Positions 1-5,308 of a DNA stretch of 5,705 bases are shown piece after piece. How positions within the stretch are numbered: the first letter of the stretch is position 1; the number at the start of each line of letters is the position of its first letter. The notes under the pieces were generated by a model. That model was given only the letters and a program-made list of their open reading frames with translations, was not told the DNA's origin and ran no database searches. The stretch comes from a virus: positions 1 to 5,705 of the IMG/VR virus record IMGVR_UViG_3300045988_000216. One strand, given 5' to 3'. A program made the position numbers and the translations under genes.

Positions 1-77
1 GATTTTGTAATCATTTTTGTTTATTCCTTTCCGTTCGACTGGTCGTGCAGGGCGTGATAAATCTCATCCATCTTTTC
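1..77. repeat. Terminal direct repeat, copy 1; most likely an assembly overlap marking a circular genome
   Basis: Base-by-base comparison shows 1-77 (gattttgtaatcatttttg...catccatcttttc) is identical to 5629-5705. Minus-strand ORFs run continuously across the junction. 77 nt is a common assembler k-mer size. Confidence 0.9.
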
Positions 78-137
78 CAAGATTCGCTTCATGATTTCAA
101 TTGCCTGCTTTACGTCTTTGATGCTGATAAGTGCCAT
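21..137 (-). CDS. Small hypothetical protein, 38 aa (MALISIKDVKQAIEIMKRILEKMDEIYHALHDQSNGKE); below the ORF-track size cutoff
   Basis: Hand translation gives ATG at 137-135 and TAA at 23-21. AAAGGGGGT lies 8-10 nt upstream, inside the 3' end of the peptidase gene, and matches the motif in front of the 40-aa basic ORF. The ORF fills an otherwise empty gap on the coding strand, and its stop lies 6 nt before the next ATG (14-12, equivalent to 5642-5640). No recognisable family. Confidence 0.35.
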   Translation of the reverse strand: MALISIKDVKQAIEIMKRILEKMDEIYHALHDQSNGKE

Positions 138-141
138 TTGT

Positions 142-528
142 TTATACCCCCTTTCTGTAATATCCTTCGCGTACGTCTACGTGAACAAAATTTGTGTAGC
201 AGATTACTCCGCCGTGGTTCTTCATGTATTCGCTTGCGAATTTTGCAATTTCTTTTGGTGATACATCCTTTATTCGGATGTCTGCCGCCATGCCTTTGCA
301 GTGATATGAGTTCCCTGCACCGCCTACTTTTGTGTTCCATGCTGGTGTTCTGTATCCGCTGTTTACAATCACAGGTTTTTTGAAGTTATCTCGAATCATT
401 ACTAGTACTTCGAGCAGTTCTTCGCTTAACAGCAGTTCTTTTGCTCCGTCTTTGCTTGCCATCTCTGCCGCTGTGAAGTATGGTGAACGTATTTTTGTGT
501 CTCTGTTGATGCAGTAGATTTTTTTCAT
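142..528 (-). CDS. Zinc D-Ala-D-Ala carboxypeptidase-like peptidase (Peptidase_M15_3 / YcbK-MepK-like, LAS superfamily); putative peptidoglycan hydrolase (lysin)
   Basis: 128-aa ORF with ATG at 528-526. It carries the family signature SGYRTPAWN...GGAGNSYHCKGMAADI (SxHxxGxAxD, i.e. H-x6-D metal ligands) and a C-terminal FVHVDV (HxD). AAGGAG (541-536) lies 7 nt upstream of the ATG. No signal peptide or transmembrane segment is visible. Confidence 0.85.
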   Translation of the reverse strand: MKKIYCINRDTKIRSPYFTAAEMASKDGAKELLLSEELLEVLVMIRDNFKKPVIVNSGYRTPAWNTKVGGAGNSYHCKGMAADIRIKDVSPKEIAKFASEYMKNHGGVICYTNFVHVDVREGYYRKGV

Positions 529-548
529 GTTATCGCTCCTTTGTTTGT

Positions 549-577
549 ATTTTATAAAATCCTGTTCGCTTTGTCAA
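549..577 (-). promoter_or_regulatory. Sigma70/SigA-type promoter for the peptidase gene, and possibly the whole gene ring
   Basis: The minus strand reads TTGACA (577-572), a 17-nt spacer, then TAAAAT (554-549). An A/T-rich stretch lies upstream. The AAGGAG SD at 541-536 and the ATG at 528 follow, implying a very short leader. Confidence 0.55.
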
Positions 578-613
578 GGGTTTTTGTAAAAAACTTTTGG
601 CAAAGCAAACAGG
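561..613. repeat. 53-nt imperfect palindrome enclosing the -35 element; possible operator and/or read-through terminator
   Basis: The outer arms cctgttcgctttgtcaa (561-577) and ttggcaaagcaaacagg (597-613) are complementary at 15 of 17 positions. Inner pairing continues with gttttt (580-585) against aaaaac (589-594) around a 3-nt loop. On the minus strand the hairpin is followed by AUUUUAUAAAAU. Confidence 0.6.
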
Positions 614-628
614 TGCCCGCGGCAGGCG

Positions 629-794
629 AGTTTTTAACATTTTCCACGCAGTTTTCAACATTTCAACATTGTTAAACTTTATTACAATAGAGTAATTCAA
701 CAATTCAACAAGTTTTTAACAATATTTTCAACTGCGAATTTTTCTTGTTTCTCACGTGATAACGAGTAATTTTTATTACTTTCAACTTTTCCAC
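629..794. repeat. Iteron-like array of T-tract + (C/T)AAC(A) motifs, including two DnaA-box-like 9-mers
   Basis: Plus-strand copies: AGTTTTTAACA at 629-639 and 711-721; TTCAACA at 654-660, 662-668, 696-702 and 704-710 (695-710 is a perfect tandem ATTCAACA x2); TTTTCAAC at 726-733; TTCAAC at 781-786; and an inverted copy, TTGTTAAAC, at 669-677. TTTTCCAC occurs at 640-647 and 787-794. T-tracts recur roughly every 9-14 nt. Confidence 0.6.
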
Positions 795-832
795 TTGCTC
801 TACTACTACGGCTACAACAAGTTAATATAATA

Positions 833-877
833 ACGCGCGCGCATGTGCGTGCGTTTACGCGCGCGCATGTGCGTGCG
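833..877. repeat. Tandem 21-nt direct repeat ACGCGCGCGCATGTGCGTGCG x2 (833-853 and 857-877, spaced by TTT); perfectly alternating purine/pyrimidine
   Basis: The two copies are identical on direct reading. Each unit alternates Pu/Py over all 21 nt. Each is also a quasi-palindrome centred on CA|TG, with 8 of 10 Watson-Crick pairs plus 2 G.T on the plus strand. It forms a GC-rich island in an AT-rich spacer. Confidence 0.9.
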
Positions 878-898
878 ATACATTAGCATCTATCGATA

Positions 899-928
899 GC
901 GACAGCCCCATGAATGGGGCGCTGTCGC
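899..928. other. GC-rich stem-loop, preceded by a perfect 10-bp palindrome ctatcgatag at 890-899
   Basis: gcgacagcccca (899-910) pairs with tggggc[gc]tgtcgc (915-928). This gives a 12-bp stem with a 2-nt bulge and a TGAA loop. Confidence 0.7.
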
Positions 929-960
929 AAGGGGTTGACCGCGAGCGGTCAACCCCTTGC
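927..960. other. Long perfect GC-rich stem-loop (34-nt palindrome), directly abutting the previous hairpin
   Basis: gcaaggggttgacc(gc) at 927-942 is the exact reverse complement of (gc)ggtcaaccccttgc at 945-960. This allows about 14-15 bp around a 4-6 nt central loop (gcgagc). Confidence 0.8.
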
Positions 961-1037
961 TAAATTAACTGAATAGATTATAATGTGGTTTTTGAATCAT
1001 TTTTTTCGGTGTCTCTTTGAGAAACCAAACGGAAGAG

Positions 1038-1071
1038 AAGTCCAGTACCCTACTTGATAGGTACTGGACTT
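1038..1071 (-). terminator. Stem-loop 12 nt downstream of the VP4 stop; candidate weak terminator or mRNA-stabilising hairpin
   Basis: aagtccagtacc (1038-1049) pairs perfectly with ggtactggactt (1060-1071), giving a 12-bp stem and a 10-nt loop (ctacttgata). On the minus strand it is followed by a C/U-rich run (cucuuccguuugguuucuc), not a clean U-tract. Confidence 0.4.
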
Positions 1072-1082
1072 GGTGACACCGA

Positions 1083-2102
1083 TTAGAGAATTCCACGTTT
1101 TTTTGTTTGTTTTTTTGTGACGCGCTCTTTTGTTTCTAACTGTGTTTTGTAGTCTTTGCCTTCCAGCTGTAGTCTTTTTTGTTCGATTGCCTTCCTTTGT
1201 CTGTTCTGCTTGATTCTCCACAGCCTTTCCGGGTTTTCTTTTTCCATCATCTTTTCATAATATCGCGGTATCTGCGCTTGCTTTCCATTGGTGCATTGAA
1301 TGTAGCCTTGTTTCCAGATTTCTTCTTTGTGCTCTTGATAGTATGCATCTCCTAGCCCCGGTTTAAGTGACATGCATGCGAATGGCTTTTGCTGTCCTAA
1401 TTCATAGTAAGCATTTGCTTTCTTTCCATCGATTTCGTACATTTTTTTCGTTACGTATCCTGCAACATATCTATATGTTTCTGGTACAGCTTGTGCTATT
1501 TGAATTTGTCCGTTTCCCCATAGTTTTTGCATCCATTCACTTGTGTAATACCCGTTGTGGTGAATTTTGTATAGCTGTTTTAAGTCTGTTGGCTCCCATC
1601 CGTACAGTATCATGTGATAATGTGGCCTTGCTGTTTGTTCTCCGTATTCCCCTGCACAGAAGAATCTTAATTTTGACTTGTATGCCTTTCTAAGTCTTTT
1701 TAAGAATTTTTGCACGTCTGTGTATAGTAATGTTTGCACGCTTTCTGGTGCTTTTTTTCCTGGTTTCCATACATACTGTACTTTTCTCATGATTTCACCT
1801 GTATTGAGAATCATTCCCGGCACGTGTTCATCATCATAAGTTAACGTGATAAACCACACTTGTTTTTTTGGCCATTGTCTTGCCTCTAGTTCTATTCTTG
1901 TTGTCCAGTCTTCTCTTTGCTGTATTCTGCATCCGATGCACTGCCCACAAGGTATTAACATTACTTTTGGCTCAAACATCAAATCTTCATATTTTAATTT
2001 TTTGCCCACTCTTTCAGAATAGCGGGCAAGTGAATACACCTGCCCGCTGATTTCTCTGTTTTCTGGGCTGTATATCCGTATTAACGGTTTATAACAGCTC
2101 AT
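1083..2102 (-). CDS. VP4: Replication initiator protein VP4 (HUH rolling-circle endonuclease, phiX174 gpA family)
   Basis: 339 aa. Contains motif 1 FITLTY (aa 84-89, nt 1836-1853) and the HUH motif RPHYHMILYG (H161-Y-H163; nt 1614-1622 read CAT TAT CAC on the minus strand). The two-tyrosine motif YVAGYVTKK (Y212 and Y216, nt 1455-1469) parallels phiX174 gpA YVAKY. An N-terminal CGQCIGC cysteine cluster is present. The ATG at 2102 directly abuts the VP2 TAA (TAAATG), and GGAGGAGG lies upstream. Confidence 0.93.
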   Translation of the reverse strand: MSCYKPLIRIYSPENREISGQVYSLARYSERVGKKLKYEDLMFEPKVMLIPCGQCIGCRIQQREDWTTRIELEARQWPKKQVWFITLTYDDEHVPGMILNTGEIMRKVQYVWKPGKKAPESVQTLLYTDVQKFLKRLRKAYKSKLRFFCAGEYGEQTARPHYHMILYGWEPTDLKQLYKIHHNGYYTSEWMQKLWGNGQIQIAQAVPETYRYVAGYVTKKMYEIDGKKANAYYELGQQKPFACMSLKPGLGDAYYQEHKEEIWKQGYIQCTNGKQAQIPRYYEKMMEKENPERLWRIKQNRQRKAIEQKRLQLEGKDYKTQLETKERVTKKQTKKRGIL

Positions 2103-2966
2103 TTATCTGTTTCTGCCTCCTCCCTGTCCGTGTGTTTGTCCGCCTCCTGCTTTGAAGCTTGGTACTGTGCTTTGCACGTTTTTCATTGCTTTCCATGTTT
2201 CTGCTAAATCTTTTACTAAAGATTCTGGACTGCTGTGGCTCTGACTCATCTGTGACCCTACTGCCTCTGCCAATTGGTACCATTGACTTTCACTTTGCGA
2301 TTTGCTGTAGTAGCTCGTTGGAACGTTTCCGTTCATCGTTGATACTCCTAGCGCACTAGATGATGGCATTCCCATGCTTGCGCCTGTGATGGTTGCACCG
2401 CTTCCGCCTGGTGTGCTTGCGCCTCCGTTTGCATATGCAAGTATTGGGTTTAACCCTGCCTTTTTCATGTCTTCTACAGCTCTTTGATAGCTCGTATTGC
2501 TCATTCGCTCTTGAAAGTCTCTGTTTGCTAGTGCTTCCGCGCTGTTGTAGTTCATGGCTGCGTTTTGCTCGATGTGGTTATAAATGCCCTGTTGGATTGC
2601 GCCTAGCGTGTTATAGCCCATTTGCATTAGCATATTTTGACGGTTTGTTTTGCTTTGAAATTCGTTTTGTCCACCTTGCCATGCGTAATATCGGTTTAGG
2701 TACTCTAAAATTTTGTCGTCGTTCGTTCCTCCTTCGCTGCTCGACGTGCTATAGCCTCCGCCTTGGCTGCTGCTTTGGTTGAATCCTTGGCTGAAGCTGT
2801 CGCTTTTTTGTCCGTACAGTCCTGACAGACCTTTTCCCATGAGGCTTAGTCCCGTGCTTACTACTGATGGATTACTTGCCATCCAGCTTAAACCTTGTGT
2901 TAGTGCTGCTCCTGCTTTTGCTCCGATTCCTCCTAAGAACGTGCCCAGTCCTCCAAGTAAACTCAT
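2103..2966 (-). CDS. VP2: Minor capsid / DNA pilot protein VP2
   Basis: 287 aa. It has a Gly-rich hydrophobic N-terminus (LLGGLGTFLGGIGAKAGAAL), S/G/Q low-complexity tracts, and the conserved microvirus VP2 core NTSYQRAVEDMKKAGLNPILAY. It sits immediately after VP1. Confidence 0.85.
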   Translation of the reverse strand: MSLLGGLGTFLGGIGAKAGAALTQGLSWMASNPSVVSTGLSLMGKGLSGLYGQKSDSFSQGFNQSSSQGGGYSTSSSEGGTNDDKILEYLNRYYAWQGGQNEFQSKTNRQNMLMQMGYNTLGAIQQGIYNHIEQNAAMNYNSAEALANRDFQERMSNTSYQRAVEDMKKAGLNPILAYANGGASTPGGSGATITGASMGMPSSSALGVSTMNGNVPTSYYSKSQSESQWYQLAEAVGSQMSQSHSSPESLVKDLAETWKAMKNVQSTVPSFKAGGGQTHGQGGGRNR

Positions 2967-2974
2967 TCTAAAAT

Positions 2975-2994
2975 AGCCCGGATTTCTCCGGGCT
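2975..2994 (-). promoter_or_regulatory. VP1-VP2 intercistronic hairpin (8-bp stem, GAAA loop) between the VP2 SD and the VP2 start codon
   Basis: The minus strand reads TAA g AAAGGAGGA AGCCCGGA GAAA TCCGGGCT attttaga ATG. The stem is perfect and is followed by AUUUUA. The only SD-like sequence is 5' of the stem, 29 nt from the ATG in linear sequence. Confidence 0.55.
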
Positions 2995-3004
2995 TCCTCC
3001 TTTC

Positions 3005-4675
3005 TTACAGCTTATACAGACCCGGCACGCTGTATAGTGGCATCCTGCGCGTTGTCTTGTTTGCTACGCGGATTGCTCCAAAGAACTGCGGCTCATTCTG
3101 TACGATTAATGTTCTTGCAATTTCCGCCTTTCCTTCTGCCATCCACTCCTGCGACAGTGTAGGAACTGTCGAATAGTTATCTGCATAGTGCCAAAAATCT
3201 AGCGTCCCCGTTGCGTTGCTTCGCATTAAACCGCTTACACGGTTCGGCTTCATCCGATAGTCGGCCCATGCTTCCTGATATCCGAATGTTTCTTCGTCGG
3301 TCGTATTGCCTGTGAGCATGATTTCTTTCTTTTTTACCGGCTGTTCGCCAATGTTTGCAAACTGCGGCACGTAGTAGTCCAGCCTGTCCTTTCGGCTCCA
3401 AAAACGCTCAAGGCCCTGCTGATAGCTTCTGTTGTGTCTTACGCAACATACGCCGATTACAAAGCCGTGCTCTTCAAAACTCTTTGTGAAAGAACTTTCG
3501 TTGATTGGCGTTACGGACATTGCACCTGTTTCACCAATTGGTGTGTCGTTTTCCGTCTGCTGTCCGCTTGTCTGTACAATTTGGTTAATGTTTACATGGT
3601 ATCTGCCACCGCCTAAATATTCAGGCACTTGTACCGTCTTATCCGAAATGATGACATCCCAAATTGCCTGCACCTGTTCGCGGTATCGACTGCCGCCTCG
3701 TGCCAGTGCTTCATAGTACTGTTGTACGCTGATGGCCTGTCGTAACTGGTTAATAGTTGTTGCTTCCACTCCTGCCAAATCTGCTCCAAGGTAGTACTCG
3801 CTCTTTTTTGTTCCGTCTCCTACGAAAATTGTTTCTGGCGTGTTTTTCCACAAGAATACATCATAAAGTCTTTGGTTTGTGGTTCCGCCTGGTTCAGTTG
3901 TGCTTGTAAAGCTGTTGATTGTCGTGCTTGCTTTGTTTTTTAGATTGCTGTCTGTGTATGCTTGTATTCCTGCTGCTCCCGTTAGCCCGATTGTTACCTC
4001 AGGCCCACGCTGTGGATACGGCAAACACGACGTGAAGTAATCGTGGAATTTGTTTACAGGTAGAGGATTACCACCTGTTACAGCTTCCTGTAGCTCTTTT
4101 TCCATGGTGTCTTCTTCGCCTGTGCTCATGGTGTATGTTACGTCTGCATCGTCACTTTTCAGGACCGCAGCGTTGTCTACGTTTTCATCTCTGAAAAATT
4201 CGTTCCAGATTTTTACATACGCTCTGATAGGTAGCGCGTTGATGCTGAAAGTATTTTCTACCTTCGTAGGTACGCCCATGTAGTCCAAAATTGACCTTTC
4301 ATCTGGTTCAGGCTTTGTGTTTGTGCCGTTGATTTTGATTTGCGGCACGGTGTACGTTTTGCTTGGCATCCATGGCGTTTCTTCTACTTCGCCCATAAAG
4401 TGCCTGAAGTTGTCCCATAAAATGCGGTTTGGACAGTAGAAATAGTAAAAGTCGATAAAACTATCGTCCATTACTGGGTATTTTGGCGTTGTCATGCGGA
4501 TAATTGCTGCTGTATCCACGCTGAACGTGTCGCCCGGCAGGACTTCATCCACGTAAAATGGAATCAATTTTCCTGCATCAAATGTGGTTAGAATCGTTTG
4601 ATTTCTGTTAAATCTTGTTCGGCTTGCTTTCATCTGTGGAATCTGGTTAAAATGCCGCTCGTTATTTCTGTTCAT
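3005..4675 (-). CDS. VP1: Major capsid protein VP1 (Microviridae Phage_F family)
   Basis: 556 aa. The N-terminus ...SRTRFNRNQTILTTFDAGKLIPFYVDEVLPGDTF is the characteristic gokushovirus-type VP1 opening. The size is typical. AGGAGAGG lies 6 nt upstream of the ATG at 4675. The start overlaps the VP3 3' end by 14 nt. Confidence 0.95.
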   Translation of the reverse strand: MNRNNERHFNQIPQMKASRTRFNRNQTILTTFDAGKLIPFYVDEVLPGDTFSVDTAAIIRMTTPKYPVMDDSFIDFYYFYCPNRILWDNFRHFMGEVEETPWMPSKTYTVPQIKINGTNTKPEPDERSILDYMGVPTKVENTFSINALPIRAYVKIWNEFFRDENVDNAAVLKSDDADVTYTMSTGEEDTMEKELQEAVTGGNPLPVNKFHDYFTSCLPYPQRGPEVTIGLTGAAGIQAYTDSNLKNKASTTINSFTSTTEPGGTTNQRLYDVFLWKNTPETIFVGDGTKKSEYYLGADLAGVEATTINQLRQAISVQQYYEALARGGSRYREQVQAIWDVIISDKTVQVPEYLGGGRYHVNINQIVQTSGQQTENDTPIGETGAMSVTPINESSFTKSFEEHGFVIGVCCVRHNRSYQQGLERFWSRKDRLDYYVPQFANIGEQPVKKKEIMLTGNTTDEETFGYQEAWADYRMKPNRVSGLMRSNATGTLDFWHYADNYSTVPTLSQEWMAEGKAEIARTLIVQNEPQFFGAIRVANKTTRRMPLYSVPGLYKL

Positions 4676-5060
4676 TTTTTACCTCTCCTTCCTTTGGTTC
4701 TTCTTCTGGTGCTTTTTCCTGCATTTCTCGCAGCGCTATTGCGTTTGCCTGTGCTGTTGCTACCATTTGATGGTATTCGTGGATATTTTGCGGCCATTCG
4801 GTAATATCTACCTCTGTTCCGTCCAATGCTCCCTGTGAAAGACTCTTCATAAACTGTGGGTCAAATGATGCTTTTCGGATGATGCTTTTAATGTCGCATT
4901 CGTCCGAATAACTTTCAATTTCGCCCTGGATGTCGATGTTTTCCGTCTCCTGTAGATATTCTTTGCCTTCTTTGTTTTTTGCCCATACGTATTGTTTACG
5001 TTGGGTTTCGCCTGATGCGGAAAAGAGGGGCTTTCGCCCCTCTTCATACCTTTTATTCAT
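4662..5060 (-). CDS. VP3: Internal scaffolding protein VP3 (short form, 132 aa, starting MNKRYEEGRKPLF...)
   Basis: The 190-aa track ORF begins at a GTG and overlaps the upstream gene in another frame. The internal ATG at 5060-5058 has GGGAGGG 8 nt upstream and overlaps the upstream stop (ATGAATAA). The central segment ...DITEWPQNIHEYHQMVATAQANAIALRE... and the acidic C-terminal tail resemble gokushovirus VP3 (Chlamy_scaf-like) proteins. Confidence 0.65.
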   Translation of the reverse strand: MNKRYEEGRKPLFSASGETQRKQYVWAKNKEGKEYLQETENIDIQGEIESYSDECDIKSIIRKASFDPQFMKSLSQGALDGTEVDITEWPQNIHEYHQMVATAQANAIALREMQEKAPEEEPKEGEVKNEQK

Positions 5061-5292
5061 GCGGCTTGCCCTCCCACACTTTTTCCTTGCCGTTGTAAAA
5101 CTCGCCGGTTTCATCGTTGAAGGATGCCAGTCTGTAGCCCACGTAATCGGCTGGGGACTGTCCGATAAACGTGCTCTTGTCCTTCTGCATCGTTTCGCAC
5201 ATTCGTGCAAAGGTTCCATTGTTTTTGCTTTCACCTACCCATGCATAGCATTTTGCTACGCTGTCGTAGATACCATAGTACAGATGTTCCAT
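5053..5292 (-). CDS. VP5: VP5-like small non-structural protein (gokushovirus ORF5 family, thought to act in ssDNA synthesis or packaging)
   Basis: 79 aa. The pattern IYDSVAKCY...NNGTFARM...SPADYVGYRLASFNDETGEF matches the remembered VP5 pattern (xYDxKAxxY...RxF...HPEDYxLxxxGxFDDxTGxx). AAGGAAAG lies upstream of the ATG at 5292. This call is from memory, not a search. Confidence 0.55.
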   Translation of the reverse strand: MEHLYYGIYDSVAKCYAWVGESKNNGTFARMCETMQKDKSTFIGQSPADYVGYRLASFNDETGEFYNGKEKVWEGKPHE

Positions 5293-5308
5293 TGTTCTTT
5301 CCTTTCTC

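Noticed and set aside
1-77. Biological direct terminal repeat, as in a linear phage genome or LTR
   Set aside because: Microviridae genomes are circular, ORFs read through the junction, and an exact 77-nt overlap is typical of de Bruijn assembly of a circle.
753-780. CACGTG palindrome (753-758) and the agtaat-tttt-attact mini-hairpin (765-780) as regulatory sites
   Set aside because: They are short, AT-rich or 6-bp elements with high chance expectation, and there is no supporting context.
826-831. Plus-strand TATAAT as a promoter -10 element
   Set aside because: No acceptable -35 lies at 16-18 nt; the nearest TTGCTC at 795-800 is 25 nt away. The hexamer is expected by chance in AT-rich spacer.
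833-877. Possible CRISPR-like array
   Set aside because: There are only two 21-nt repeats separated by 3 nt, with no spacers of CRISPR size and no cas genes.
899-1071. Possible tRNA or other structured RNA gene in the hairpin cluster
   Set aside because: The stems are simple long hairpins. There is no cloverleaf arrangement, no T-loop (GTTCRANYC) or D-loop signature, and no anticodon-arm geometry.
997-1221. 74-aa very basic minus-strand ORF overlapping the VP4 3' end and running through the downstream hairpin, considered as a phiX-style overlapping gene
   Set aside because: It starts at a GTG and its SD-like sequence is too close to the start. Its K/R/T/N richness is the expected off-frame reading of the A-rich, Lys-rich VP4 tail, and it has no motif. 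I cannot exclude it without comparative data.
2089-2283. 64-aa minus-strand ORF overlapping the VP2/VP4 junction; also 110-340, 3177-3401 and 4847-5047 alternative-frame minus ORFs, considered as embedded lysis genes like phiX174 E
   Set aside because: None has a hydrophobic transmembrane segment. All are Arg/Lys-rich off-frame products without convincing SDs.
4662-5234. Long 190-aa form of the VP3 ORF
   Set aside because: It starts at a GTG (5234-5232) and has no SD. Its first 58 codons overlap the VP5-like gene in another frame and give an Arg/Cys-rich low-complexity sequence. The internal ATG at 5060 has a good SD and stop-start overlap.
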